From the human T2T-CHM13v2.0 reference genome, Homo sapiens: a DNA stretch of 64,000 nucleotides. A program made the translations under genes and the position numbers. This document shows positions 13,939 to 28,639 of this stretch, piece by piece (position 1 is the stretch's first letter; the number at the start of each line of letters is the position of its first letter). Under the pieces are notes generated by a model. The model searched no databases. It saw only the letters and a list, made by a program, of their open reading frames with translations, and was not told the origin of the DNA. The stretch is taken from the NCBI RefSeq assembly GCF_009914755.1, contig NC_060937.1; one strand, given 5' to 3'.

Positions 13939-15517
13939 CTAAAAAAAAAAAGGCAGAGGTGATGAATATTTATTCTTTTGTTCAAGTCTGTGAATTTCAT
14001 ACACCATGCTATAGCAATATGGAACAGGGTTTATATGTCCTTGGCCGGTTTTTTTTTTTTTTTGTAGGAGAGATATGGTCTTTTCCCCTACAAAAAGACC
14101 AGACAAAATTGGAAAAAAAAACTTTCCAATATGATGCATTATTCTTTTTTTAATCTGAATTATGACATTTTACAGCATCTTAAAATAGGTGGTTATGGAA
14201 ACTCTTTACTTGATGAATGTCTTTATTTCTTTTAAATAAGCCCAACTTATTTTCCAGCTGACACTCTTTTCTTTGCTTTCTCAGAGATGTTGAGGTCCAA
14301 AATAATCAAGAAATACACTCAAAAACAGCTAATGATTTGTTTTAAACCCAAGCTCTTTCTCTGCAGTAGAAGTCCTTTAATTCCTCAATTAGGTTTTGTC
14401 TTTTGTTTGTTTTTACTGTGTTTTAGCTTCTGCTTTCCTATCATTCAGCCTAGTGACTAAATGTGGCAGCAAAAATAAGTGGGCTGGCCTCATGCTTCCT
14501 CTTTTCATCTGTGCTTTTCTGGTATATTTTCCAGATGACAAGAGGTGCTCCATAACTAGCATTACTGTTTTATTAGAAATAAGCAAGCATTGAGTCGAGT
14601 CAGCAGTGTGAATTCCACTGAATCAGGTCACCAATGTGTTTATGCACGATTTCCTTTGGGTTATACTCTAGGGATGGTAATGATGAAAATAATAATAGCC
14701 GCCATTTAGTAAGCATCTGCCAGGTACATTAACCCTCACCCTTTATTATTCACATTTTATGGATGTAGTTCCTCAGTGAGTAAGTGGAAGGTCTACAATC
14801 TGATCTGCAATTTCCACATACTTTAAAGACCTTATATAATAAACACAGGTTCACCTGTCTGACACCCAACCCTGAGTGAATTGCACTGCACTATGTTGCT
14901 TTAGCACTTTTAGTTTATTTATTTTTGCTGGCACAAAGCCATAGAGGCATTTATGAAAAGTTAATGCTACATAAGGGCAGTTAAACAGGCATGGCAAAAA
15001 AAAATGATGACTCACGTCACATTGAAATATGCTGCTGGAAAAATGAAGGAAACCACAAAAGGATCAGAGGAAAACCATATGGAGAAAAACGACACTCATG
15101 ATGACACTTCATTAATGCTACTTTTAAATATAGGTACATTTTTATATGTGGACAATTACACACATTTTAAAGTCATCTGGCCATATAGGATATCCATTGG
15201 TTTCATGAGAAACACTAAAGATAATAGGAATGAAATTATCGATTTAAAATGTCCTTTACAGAGGTATGCAATTATTTAATAGTGAAGATGGTAATAAACA
15301 CTTTTTGAAATGTGCTTATGAGTACTAGGGTGACCACACTGCCTGTTAAGATAGTGTTTTACTTTTGTGCACTTTGAGGCCACTGTGAAGGTAAATAAAG
15401 TTTCCTTGGTCACAAGTACTGCAATCTCGTGTCAGTAAATCTGATAACCAAGATGGCTCTTAAGTGACTAAGGTTTGGGAAATGGTTTCAGTGTGCATTT
15501 GCCTGACAAAGTGAGAA

Positions 15518-15700
15518 TTTACGTCCCAGGTGAGATGGAGTGGGACAACGTGAGATTTCATCGTGCTGTTCAGAATGGTGCAAAATTTACAACTTATGTA
15601 TTATTTCTGGAATTTTCAATTTAATGTTTTTGGACCACAGTTAAGCATTGGTAACTGAAACTGATGAAAGCAAAACCTTGGATATGAGGAGACTACTGTA
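15518..15700 (-). mobile_element. MER44-like (Tigger7) fragment
   Basis: gtgagatttcatcgtgctgttcagaatggtgc...atttctggaattttc...ggtaactgaaac...ggagactactgta. Confidence 0.75.
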
Positions 15701-15854
15701 CTTTTAGTGTTTTCTGTGGCAGACAATGAGGGAAGACAAAACAATGTAACTAAATAATTTCCTATATTAGATGTATGTTTAAGTAACATGTAATTTGAAG
15801 GCAATTTCTGGATTCAGTACAATTTCATCTTGGATTTCTATGCTTTTTAAGCTG

Positions 15855-16455
15855 TTAAGAATTTCAAATTTATTAACCATAAAATATATCTTTGTAGAAT
15901 ATTGCAGAAAATTTTATTTTAAAAATAAGTATAATATATCCATACAGAATGGCATACATTTTTTTTCAAAAAAATAACAGTGTGAAAGTATTAAAGAGAG
16001 ATATAGTAAGTTTATTAAAATATGTGAGAATATACCAAGAATAAATCTGCTGTTTGAGTTTTAATACTCAATAAACCATTGCATTGGTTTGTTGAATGGT
16101 CAATTGATTGGTCAGTAATGATATGGCTTGGCTTTATGTCTCCACCCAAATCTCATTAAGAATTTCAAATTCATTAACCATAAAATATATCTTTGTAGAA
16201 TATTGCAGAAAATTTTATTTTAAAAATAAGTATAGTATATCCATACTGAATAGCATACATTTTTTTCAAAAAATAACAGTGTAAAAGTATTAAAGAGAGA
16301 TACAGTAAGTTTATTAAAATATGTGAGAATATACCAAGAATAAATCTGCTGTTTGAGTTTTAATACTCAATAAACCATTGCACTGGTTTGTTGAATGGTC
16401 AATTGGTTGGTCAGTAATGATATGGTTTGGCTTTGTGTCCTCACCCAAATCTCAT
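15855..16455. repeat. Tandem duplication, 2 x ~300 bp, ~95% identical
   Basis: Both copies begin ttaagaatttcaaatt (15855, 16156) and end cacccaaatctcat. I count ~12 substitutions and two 1-nt indels. Confidence 0.96.
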
Positions 16456-16785
16456 CTTGAATTGTACTCCTCATGTATACAGGGATATAGTTGGTGAGCA
16501 GCGACTGGATCATGGGGATGGTTTCTCCCATGCTGTTCTTGTAATAGAGAGTTCTCACAATATCTGGCTGTTTGATAAGTGTCTGGCACTTCCCCTTTCT
16601 TGCTCTCTCTCTCTCCTGCTGCCATGTAAGATGTGCCTTGCTTCCATTTTGCCTTCTGCCACGATTATAAGTTTCTTGAGGGCTCCCCAGCTATATGGAA
16701 CTGTGAGTCAATTAAGCCTCTTTCCTTTATAAATTACCCAGTCTCAGGTAGTGTCTTTATAGAACAGTGAAAACGGACTAATACA
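16418..16785 (+). mobile_element. THE1-type (ERVL-MaLR) solo LTR
   Basis: tgatatggtttggct...cacccaaatctcatcttgaattgt...gaactgtgagtcaattaa...aaacggactaataca, flanked by GTAA on both sides. Confidence 0.92.
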
Positions 16786-17319
16786 GTAAATAACTATTTT
16801 TAAATTACATAATTATAATTATTTTAGAGCTTACTCTTACTCTAAAATGTATTCGAAATTTAACATTATATGTTGTCTTTACCATTAATTGCCTGGCACC
16901 CAGCTGGTCATAGATTGTTAGACATCAGGAACTGATTGTCTTAGCTGGACTCCGTGGGGGACTCTGCTGGGACCCTGACTCAGCCAGGCAGGCAAAATAT
17001 TAGTGTTTATCTAGGTCTCAGGGGACAGGTTTGGGTCCTCTCCGATTGCATGAAGACAATAAAAACAGAACAAAAGTGTTTTAAGAAAATAATTGCCTGT
17101 TACGGAGTACTAACTATATGCCTACATCAATTATTACATGGTTTTTGAAAGTCTGAGGTTTTCTTATTCTCTCATCACTTCTACATTTATTATATTGCAT
17201 TCTTCTGTGTATGAAAGTTCTCCATCTTCTCCTTTTTGTTGTTGGATATTGCTATGACCCCATGAATTCTTTCTTTTATTTAATATATTGTGATTCATTG
17301 CTATCACTATTCGTTTTAT

Positions 17320-18490
17320 ACTTGTTATTAAAGTATAACATACATATAGTAAAATGCATAAATATTAATATACAGCTTGATGACTTTTAAAAATCTGAAC
17401 ATGCTTAGGTAACACAACCCAGATTAAAACCTGAGAGTGCCTGCACCTCACAAGCCTCCCACTTGTTACTCTTCTCAGTTATTACTTTTCTCAGATATAC
17501 TCACAGATTTAATGGTTATCAGTATAAGTAACTTTCACACACTTTGAAAATTTTATATAAATAGAATCACAAAATATGTACTCTTTATGTCTAGCTTTCT
17601 TTGTTCAACTTTAGCTCTTTGAAATATATTCCTTTGTTAGTAGCAAAAACTGTTGCTTCAATTCTGCGAAATATTTCAATTTCTATTTTATTTCATTTCA
17701 TTGTTAATGACATTTTTATGGTTTCCAGTCTGGGGCCATTAAGAATATTGCTCTTATGAAGATTTTATTTCTGTTTTGAACATGAAGGAATAACGTACAT
17801 GTATGTTGATTTTGTTTCTAGGTACAGAGTTTTTGTGTCACACAGTTTTCTTAAGCACTGATACCAACTTGTCTGCCCACTGCAATTACGTTGGTTTTAT
17901 TTATTATATTTATGCCATTTGCAAATAACTTTTTTATTTATTATCAAAAATGAGTGTTGAATTTTGTCTAATGCCTTTTCTGTTTCAATGGATATAATCA
18001 TATAATTATCCTCCTTAGTCCTAAAAGTATGGCAAATTATATTAATAAGTTTCGGAATATTGAAACATTCTGACTTTCCTGAAATGAATTCCACGTGGTC
18101 AAATGCATAATGTTTTTACTTTGGCAATTTTTAAAAAAATTATTATTGTACTTTAAGTTCTGGAGTACATGTGCAGAATGTGCAGGTTTGTTACATAGGT
18201 ATACACGTGCCATGGTGGTTTGCTGCACCCATCAACCCGTCATCTACATTAAGTATTTTTCCTAATGCTATCCCTCCCCTAGCCCCCAACCCTCCGACAG
18301 GCCCCGGTGTGTGATGTACCCCTCCCTGTGTCCACGTGTTCTCATTGTTCAACTCCCACTTATGAGAAATATTTTGGAATCGATTTTCCTACGGGAGATG
18401 GATTTCTAATCTTCACTGTGCTGTCTTTATCAGATTCTGGTATCAATGTGAAGTTTTCTTCGTTAAAAGAATAAGAATGCTTTCTTCCTA
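17320..18490 (-). mobile_element. Old L1M fragments (3'UTR and ORF2) interrupted by a younger L1PA
   Basis: aaagtataacatacatatagtaaaatgcata... 3' end; minus-strand ORF 17897-18094 contains L1 ORF2-like YMIISIETEKALDKIQHSFLI. Confidence 0.7.
18140..18367 (-). mobile_element. L1PA 3' end fragment
   Basis: tactttaagttctggagtacatgtgcagaatgtgcaggtttgttacatagg...ctcattgttcaactcccacttatgag. Confidence 0.9.
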
Positions 18491-18494
18491 TAGA

Positions 18495-18805
18495 AAATGG
18501 AGATGTGGCATTCATAACCCCTTCAAGAATGGACTTGCTGTCCGGCTACCAAGAGTGTAGTCTACCAGCAGCCTCCACCTGCTAACCGGTTCAGGTTCTT
18601 CCTCAGTTTTAAAATGCAGGACAATGGAAGAGCAAGCAGAGAGGATGGACAGGGCCCAGCTATTTCTACTCAGCATACGACATGGCTTGCTAGGCAGCCG
18701 TATCCTCCGGAGCTCCTGTTTACAGTGGCGGGAACATTCATCAGCTCTGCATCAGGGTCTAACGGCTTCCGCTTCCCAATCCTGCTTCTTTTGCTTTTAC
18801 TTTCG
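18495..18805 (+). mobile_element. LTR16-like (ERVL) LTR fragment
   Basis: GC-richer segment ending ctgcatcagggtctaacggcttccgcttcccaatcctgcttc, resembling the LTR16 family; subfamily uncertain. Confidence 0.5.
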
Positions 18806-20458
18806 AAGATGCTATTCAAAATATACACAAATGTAGGAAAATGTACATTTTATTTTTGTTTTGAAATGAGAAAAGAATGAGAGAGAGAGAGAGAAAGAAA
18901 GAGAGAGAAGGGTCTGACAAAAGACTGTATGGTTAACCAGCTAATAGAATAGAAGCTTTAATAAAGGAAAAGGGGACCCTATGGTTACTAGAAAATTATT
19001 AATATAAAATGTAAGCCATTCTAAAGAAAAGGACGGGTCTTCGGGATCTTCAGTTCTTTCCCTCCACTACTGCAAATGCGATTTTTCTAATATAGCAACA
19101 GCTTCAGGCAATTCCCTTTCTTAAAACGGCTTATAATTACTTTGATTGATTCAATAATTTATTCATATATTGAATCAACAAATATTTACTGAGTCTATTG
19201 TCTGGCACTGCATTAGATGTAGAGAATTAAGAAAAATGAAGATAAAGCAATTCATATCCTCACAGAGATGACTGTGTATTTGACAGAAAACTGGAGCACA
19301 GATTTCCTGTATCTCCCAAGCAAAGTGAATCAAATGTTCATTTACTTCAAATCCAACATCATGGTAGTTATCATGAGAAATACACAGAAAAATAAGAAAT
19401 GAATATTTGCAGCGTCACATCAGATGATAACCAAATTTTAATCTGAAACTTTCAGTTCTAAAAATTTGCCAAGTACTTTCCAAAATCTCAGGGTAGTTTT
19501 TCTGCTATATATAGCAGAAAGCTTCACATTGATACCAAAACCTGATAAAGCAGAAAACTATATATATATATATATATATGACTGGTAGAGTTAGAATACA
19601 ATAATAACTGTAAAATCTGCTATGAGCCCTAGAACATAAAAATTATTTGCTAACTATAATTTTTTTGTTCAGTATTAACAAGAATACGGTACTGTGCAAC
19701 ATTTTACTTTCCTTAGCAAGAAGCGAATAATTGACATACTTGGAGCAGAAAACTGCAGATGCAAACTGTTCTTTTGGAAGCGTTAGAACATTCGGCTGCC
19801 ATTCTTTTTCTACTTGGCAAAGTGCCTAGCGGATAGTTGGTATTCCACACATGACACATCGATTTATTCTGCACACAGGTGACTGCCATTTCTGTAGGGC
19901 GAAGCCATTAAATCAGAGTTCCAAGCCTTCCAACTAGAGACTGAGTCAATCTCAGACGACAAGGAAGAGCCAGTCACAGATAGTGAAACAATGCAAGCTA
20001 AAGTGACCCCCTCAAGATTTTGCTCTCAGGACCTAATCTCTCTCTAGAAAGACCAAAATACCACTTCTGCCCCCCTCCCCCTCCCACACCCTTTTTCTTT
20101 GCTAAGTTTTCCTAGCTCTTCTTTCAGAATGTCCTAATGTTACAGCCTTTCATTTGTACACAAATGGTCTTTGGGGTATACAGAGACTTAAATTCCCCTT
20201 TTCCCTAGATGGCTGGTACATTTAGCTTATTTCAGATGTTATGTCCTAGGATTACAGATTCGCAGGTGCTCAAACAAACAAAAAAAATAAAGAAGATAAC
20301 TTCACTAAATCTTATAACAATAAATCAAGTCACTTTAATGGCTTTCATTTAATCAACAAATAATTACTATACATGAGCAATGTGCAAGGCAATGTGCTGG
20401 GTGGAAAAAGGTGTTTTGTCCTCTAGAAGCATAGCAGAAAATTCCTCTCTTTCTCCCT

Positions 20459-20490
20459 CCACACACACACACACGCACACACACACACAC
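20459..20490. repeat. (CA)n microsatellite
   Basis: Directly visible, one interruption. Confidence 0.95.
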
Positions 20491-21019
20491 AGAGTATAAT
20501 ACTATAGAAATGATTTTAATGTAAGAACTCAGTAAATGCTCTAAGAAGAGTATGAATAAAACAAAGGGGAAATTAATTTAGAGATTTTTTTAATCAGAAA
20601 AGGATTTGAGGAGGTGTTTATATTTACACTGGTTGGAACTAGCAATGTAAAACAGTTATAAGAAAATGACAGCATCAAAGAGAAGACATGAGAGATACAT
20701 TTATAAAAATACTTTCTTTAGAGTATAGTATAAGTCAAGAAAGCTAAATAATTTTAAAATGCTTCAATGTAGATTAGGGCAAGATTAGAGATGCTTTTGA
20801 ATAGCATTATTTTATAAATATTGGTGACATTATAGAAGAATTTAGCCAGGAGAATAATGGAATAATTTCTAAGTAGTAACATTATTCTAGTATATTTTGA
20901 AGAATACATTAAAATTGAAATGGTTGGAGGCAGGTAAAGAAGGCTGATAGCTATTACATTTTGGATTAGACTTGTAGCCATGGAAAAGGAAAGGATATGA
21001 TTGCACCCTGCCAGACAGG

Positions 21020-21042
21020 AAAGATGAGAGACAGAGAAAGAA

Positions 21043-21089
<47 letters not shown>

Positions 21090-21100
21090 AAGAAAGAGAA
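21020..21100. repeat. (GA)n/(GAAA)n polypurine tract
   Basis: About 65 nt of uninterrupted purines within the tract. Confidence 0.95.
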
Positions 21101-22445
21101 CACAGAAACATGAGGTAGAATTAATTTAAAGCAAACATATCAGAGAAGAAGAGATCTCATCCAGATGATGCCCTGAGAGTCCTCTGAATTCAGATTTCTG
21201 TTTCCCTAATGTTCACTTGTCTGGGATGGAAAGGTGAACACAAGTGCATTGCAGAAGCTGCTAATGCAAATTTGCACGTTCTAGCACTGGAAAGGCACTT
21301 TCAGAGAACCCTTGCATCCAATTAGGGCCAATGGCCCTTCCCTCTCTCTTCTGTCTTTCAGCTGACTATGAGTAAGGGTTGATAAAGAGGCTTTTCTTAC
21401 TGGTTTTCCAGGGAAGCCGAGCCTGCCACCTCAAAGCACCCCCGCTATGGAGAATGGGCGATACTGAAGCTATGGAGAGGGCAGCGAAAAGCTATGACTC
21501 AGGGACTCTGGTTGACTGCAGCTGAGGCAATTATCAGTTAATTATCAACTTTACTACCTGTTTCAATAATTTAAGGAAGTCTAAAATATAAGTCATTTGA
21601 CCTCACAAACATTTAGAAAACCCAGAAAATGGGCTTGCTGCCCCTTTTCACGCTTCGTTCTCAACGCAGTCTATTTTATATCTCAATCCCTCTCCTTTGC
21701 TTTATTCAATGTCTCCCATACGCAACTCTTCCTCCTTCCTTTTGTGGTTCCATTGTTACAAGTGAAGAGGACATTTTCCTAACACATAAAATAAATAGGT
21801 CATTGTAGGCACTCAATAACTACTACTTTTCCATTAACTTTTCTTCTCAAATTTATAAAGTTTTCCATCTAGCATATTTAAGGACATAACCCTGCAGATG
21901 AAAATCACACTGTGTTTTACTTATTTTGCTCAAGTAAAATCTATAGACATAAAGGCATTACACCCAGGAAAACATATTGGCATTAAATTATATACTCACA
22001 TTGCTAAGAAGCAAACCACATACTCCAAACAAACTACTTTTTAAAAATAAATTCCAAGTTATTGAATCACAAATTTCACTCAGCAATCCAAAACAAAAGT
22101 AGAAGAGGCAATTAAAAGAAGACCCTGAAATTAAACCAAATAAATCCCCCTGTTTTTTGTATTGTGTAACTAACCATAAGGTTGCTTTGGCTTTTATTCT
22201 GTCCAAACTTTATAAATGTATCTCTTCAATATTTTTCTCAATTTTACTGCAAGATTAGTTACATTAATAACTGAATTATTTTGATAACACACAGCATTAA
22301 ATGTTATTGACATATACAAGCAACCATTAACTTATAACTGATTGCTATTCTTAAAATGTATCTACATATTTCACCTTGAAGTGACTCAGCACCAATGTGA
22401 AGCACCTATTTTAAAATCCAGAGCCTGATGTTTTACCCAAATGTA

Positions 22446-22500
22446 TTAAGTTAGTGCAAAAGTAATTGTGTTTTTTGCCGTTAAAAGTAATGGCAAAAAC
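22446..22500. mobile_element. MADE1 (Hsmar1 MITE), truncated
   Basis: ttaagttagtgcaaaagtaattgtgttttttgccgttaaaagtaatggcaaaaac covers ~55 of ~80 nt; the distal part of the second TIR is missing. Confidence 0.85.
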
Positions 22501-22765
22501 CTCATAGAAATTTATCTCTGTCACTAAAATATACATGTTTGAACCATTATTAATACTGAAGTCAAATTTTTTGGAGAGAAATACATTCTGAAGTGACATT
22601 CATACAATTTAAGGGTATTCATTCTATTAAATTCAGTTTTTATAAAATAGTTATATTGAGTAAAAACAATTTACTGACATAATACTGTTTGGCATACACT
22701 AGATTTTAAGAATAAATGGATACATGTCCTAACCTGGCTCTTTAAAAAAAAAAAAAAAGAAGAAA

Positions 22766-23211
<446 letters not shown>

Positions 23212-24003
23212 TGAAAGTCTCTTAAAGATAGTAAGGGGCATTTGTTATATGCAAAGGAATATCCCTTGTAACACGAAACTTCTGTGACTCAAATGCCTTT
23301 TTAAAGTTCTGGTTGATAGTAAAATAATAGAAACTTTATGAAAAAGGTGTTTGTTTTTTCAAGGGCTTCAATAAAAATGTGCTAAGTTCTTTAGCTTCCC
23401 CTTGTGTTTAGCATCATTGTTTTACTCTAACATAGTCAAAAGCAACACTTAAAAAAACCCCTCAGGATTATAAGTATAAAATTTATCTCTTTCATACACA
23501 GAGACTGTTTGATTTCTAATTCAAATCAACACAAGAAATTTCAACTTAGTTATATTTAAAATTTTATATAGAGTTATATTTAAAAATTTATTTGACAACA
23601 GTAATTTAGAACCTAAATTTATATACATATGTGTGTATATGTATGTACATGTGTGCACACACACATACATACACACACATGAACACAAACTACTTATACA
23701 AAAGCAAGTGGTTGTCATATGAATGAAGAAATCTATAGATGAATGGATGAATGGATGGATGGATGAATAAGTTAGGTTACAATCTTATCTAAACAAACTC
23801 GAAAGTATTATTTTAGGCTCAAACTTCTGCTTTAAAAGACTAAACAGAATTCAAATTTGCACTTATACAGACAAAAAATTATTTGTTAGTCTAAGCCTAG
23901 GGCTAATAATTTACCAGAATGTTTATGAAGACTGGTGGATAAGAGAAAAGACTTGTGCTTTTTACTTCTTCAGAGTGGTTGCAACTTTAAATACACTAAT
24001 AGC

Positions 24004-24313
<310 letters not shown>

Positions 24314-24425
24314 TAAATACACTAATAGTTTGATTTGATGTCTGATGAAACATTGATCCAGAAAATAATTATAATAAACACCTTAAAAGAAATTCGGCAC
24401 GATTACATACATATGGCTCTAAATC

Positions 24426-24893
24426 AGGAGATTTTAAATTTTTGTGTGCCATGGATTTCTTTGGAGATCTGAAGCATCCTGTGGACCCTAATTCAGAAAG
24501 AATACTATTTCTAAACAAAATCCATAGTATTATACATAAAAATATATTTAAATATATGTAAAATACATTAAAAAATATGCAATGTGGTAACATGAATGCC
24601 TATTAGTACATTAAATAAAAAGTTACACTGGAAGATAATTAGACTACTTTTGAAATAATAAACATATATCAGATATATAGTGTAATAGTGATACGATAGG
24701 AAAATATCTATGATTTCTACTATTGACAAAGACACAGTCACTGCTATGGAAACTGACTTTTGGCCTACATTCATAATTGAAGGAAATTACATATTCCATT
24801 TAGAAGTCAGTAAAACTAAAGATATAATTTTTCCCATCTTAGTTCACAGACATCTTTGAATTCTATCTAGCACATCCCTAAGTTAAGAAGCTC
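24426..24893 (+). mobile_element. MER119-like hAT-Charlie element
   Basis: cagg...tttttgtgtgccatgga...tggaccc...tcagaa start and cccctaagttaagaagctct-like end. Confidence 0.6.
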
Positions 24894-25639
24894 TTAAGTC
24901 TAAGTAAATTAGACTTGGAAGACAAATACAATTTTTAACTGGAAAGCACAAAGCAGATAGTTGTTTTTTAGGAGAAGTAATTGGAAAATTCGGAGGACTT
25001 TCTGGAAAGGAATGTATGATATTTGAAATTTTTAAAAAATTACATTTATATTTATTAAGAAACCAGAATGTTCTATTATCATAGATGTCCTAGAGTATCA
25101 GGTTGAAGAAATAAATCACAACACACACACACACACACAAATATTTACTTCATGCAGAAAAATTCTGGAGATCTGGGGAAAGATCCAGAAGATCTAAAAT
25201 GTAAATAAAAGTTACTGAAAGATAAAGAACACCTGGAGAAAAGTCAAAAGTGAGGCATAAACAACCAGAGAAATTTCTTATTCTAAGCAAATGATGAGTC
25301 TGTGCACTGATAGTATTCACCAGGTATTTGGTTAAAGTAATGAAAACAATTATGTATGATTAAATATATTCTGGGGAAATCCCAAATTGGTGGGTAGGGT
25401 TCAAGGTTGGAAATTTTCTAAAAAATAGCACTTTATTTTACTGAGTCTCTTAGGTACAACATAGATCTTCCTTAATTTACTTGACATGTGGGCCTGTATA
25501 TTTCAGTTAGGGGTAATTGGCGTATTCACGTAAGTTACTGACTTTTGGCTTCCATATTATTTTAAAATCATTGTATATATAACAACTTTTATTTGTTGCA
25601 GTTCTCTGCTTTAGTTTTGTATTTTAAATGAGTAATAAA

Positions 25640-27530
25640 CAAAAGGCTTGTTTGCTAACAAAGTAAGAAATCCTATTCTACATAAACAAAGATCAAACAA
25701 AAAAGAAAATAAAATGTAAAATTTTCTGGTAAGGACACCACTAAAATAATTGTTAGTATGTTGAATCCAACAGTGTATCAAAGGAATTATGATATTTTTA
25801 GCTATCATTCATTATGGTAAATAATATTTTTCAATGTGATGATATTGTATGTGAAACAGAGTTTGAAGAATTTCATCACTATTCCTAGAAATGATAAGGA
25901 TTATTTACCAAAACCAGTAGCAAAACTCACAATAAAGAGTGAAAACTTTTTTCATTAAAATTAGAAATAAGATGGAAATGTTTATTCTTATTATCTTACT
26001 CATCATTATTTTGGAGTTTCTATATAATGCAATAAGATTAGAAAATAAAATATTAAGAAACAAGACAACCTGTTCCTGTTTGGCAAATTACATGGTCATA
26101 TATTTTGAAAAACTAAGAGACTTCAAGTTTAGAAGTATTAATAAAGCTTAATTCGACATGTGTATGCAGTACAAAAATCTATACTTTTCTTAACATTAGT
26201 AATACAAGTTATTAACAGAGCTGATTACATACAGAAAGAAAAAAGTTGGACATTATTAAGTGACAATGGATATAATAAGTGTGAATAGATTATAGAAAAA
26301 ATAAAACCTTATAGGGCATAAAATAAAATCAGAAATATAGAAAAATTATTCCGTTAGTGGAAAAGAAGACTTCATATCAGAATTATGTTGATTTTTCTTA
26401 CAATAAATATATGCATTTAGTACCATTTCATTAGAATATTTTTGTTTATATTGTTTTATTTATAACTTAATAACATTGTTATATTAATTGATATGAAGGA
26501 ATATATATCCAAGAATGGCTAAAAAATTATAAAATTGAGACTATAATTCAAGAATATAGTGAGAGATATGAATCACTTGAACAGAATTTTGACCAGAATT
26601 ACTTTTGATTATGTATTTAAAGTTTATATGTGAAAAGTTAAATTTTTATTTATTTGAAAAAGCAGTTCATTTACTAACTGGCACTAAAACAATCTTCTAC
26701 CCAAGCAAAGTTAGGCTATTCATCTCCTGTCATAACAACAAATTTGAGATGGGGTAAATATTTAAATGTAAAAAACAAAAGGCAACAAAATTTTTTTTGT
26801 CTGCCCTGAGATTGTCTGCCCTGAGATTGAGAGCTCTTAAAGCAAGATTGTAAACACAGAATGAAAAACCACATATTTTGTTATACAATTCTTGAGTGGA
26901 ATGGCCAAGGATACCATACATACATAAAGTTAAAAAAATAAGCTACTAAACTACAATAAAATGCATTTGCAACATATGAGACATACTTAACATCACACAC
27001 AGAAAAAATGTAAATAAAAAATCTTATAAGCAATCCAATGGATCAACAGTTATAAGCAGATATTTTACAGAAGAAGAAAATCAAAGGGCCAGAAATATAA
27101 GAAATGATGATTTTTCTCAATAGTCAAGGAAAAACAAATAAAAACAATAATGAAATACAAATATTTGTCCATCATATGGTCAAGTTTGAAAAGCTATGGA
27201 GACAGGCTCCCCCATTCATTGAAAGCTAGAGGGATAAAATTATTACAGCTTTATGGGAGAGTATGCAGTATTTATACAAATTTCGAGAAGTCTTACCTCA
27301 GGAAATGCTTCCTACAGAAAAGCAGGGACAATGAGAATATTTCTTATATTTATTTCATCAATTTGTGTCCTGATGGAAATTTGGACATCACCTCAATGTT
27401 TTTCAAAAGAGAAAAGTTTGAACAAATTGTAGAAACATATTCTTGTGTGAAATATTGTGATGCCATTGAATATTTGAATTAGCAGTAATGTTGTATGTAT
27501 CATTCCAGAGAGATGCTCCTGAAGTTTCAT
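25640..27530 (+). mobile_element. Ancient L1ME-type ORF2/3' remnant
   Basis: A-rich; ORF 25939-26151 (LIIILEFLYNAIRLENKI...LANYMVIYFEK) is a decayed form of L1 ORF2 FNIVLEVLARAIRQEKEI...FADDMIVYLEN. Confidence 0.7.
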
Positions 27531-28081
27531 TTTGTCATGCTAGAGAGTTGTAGAATAATTATTTATATAAAGATTCCTTATTTTAGGCTCTTTAAACATT
27601 AGTTGAGATTCTACTTTCTATCAGACATTGTCCTTAGTATTATCTCTATCTGAACTACTTTATTTGATGTGCAAAATCCTCTATAATTAGGTCAATCTCT
27701 ATATTAAAATCTACTGTGCACTACACTTCAGTATGCTTCCCATGGTCTGAGCATTTCACCATTAAACTTTCCATACAGCTTTTTAAATTGGTGTTTGCCT
27801 TTTCCCTCTCACCTATCCAGTTCTGCCACTCAGAACCCATCTTAAGTATTATAATTTTTATAACGTCCTTTTGTAAAATTGAACTGTCATTGGGCTGCTT
27901 TTTTGCCTTTAATGGAGGAAGGGGGAAGGGAAGTTATTATAACTTTCCTACAAGTCAAGAGGAACCCATTTTCAGAAAAGGAGTTTCTAAGAATAGTAAG
28001 GAGGATGAGTGCATACTCCACAATTGCAGATTCCCTTATTTCCCATCAAAGGCTCTTATTACAAGATACATCTAACTTTAC

Positions 28082-28304
28082 CCAAGCTTTAGTACAAGTC
28101 CATGGCCCACAGGCTGTATGTGGCCCAGGACAGCTTTGAATGCAGCCCAACACAAATTCGCAAACTTTCCTAAAACATTATGAGATTTTTTTGCAATTAA
28201 AAATAATCTCATCAGCTATTGTGAGTGTTAGTGTATTTTATATGTGGCCCAAGACATTCTTCTTCCAATGTGGTCAAAGGAAGCCAAACAATTAGACATC
28301 CTGC
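28082..28304. mobile_element. MER30 (hAT-Charlie)
   Basis: tgtggcccaggacagctttgaatgcagcccaacacaaattcg...ctcatcagctattgt...gtggcccaagaca. Confidence 0.85.
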
Positions 28305-28639
28305 TTTAGTTAGTGATGCATCCAGTATAAATAATGATAACTTAATATCAATAACTACTTTTACTTCCTGTAAAGCAAATATTCATTTGAAATTGCACAG
28401 ACTATTCTTTATTGGAAGCCTATTTTCTGTCTACTTTGAATTAAAAATACCAGCAAAGACTTATAGAGTTGACTTGAAAAGGTATATAGGGCACACAGTA
28501 AATACAATCCTATGATTGAATGACAGATTTATCTTAGAAAAAGGACACGTGTTGATACAAATGAACAAGGATCTGGCTAAAACTACTTCAATTAATTGAT
28601 GTTGTAAGTGCAAATATACTTGGAGTCTAATGATGATAA

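Noticed and set aside
22446-22500. MADE1 as a miR-548-type hairpin
   Set aside because: The second inverted repeat is truncated, leaving a stem of only ~13 bp.
26797-26829. 15-bp perfect tandem duplication (similar micro-duplications at ~35192, ~37632, ~43993)
   Set aside because: Ordinary slippage products; no array structure.
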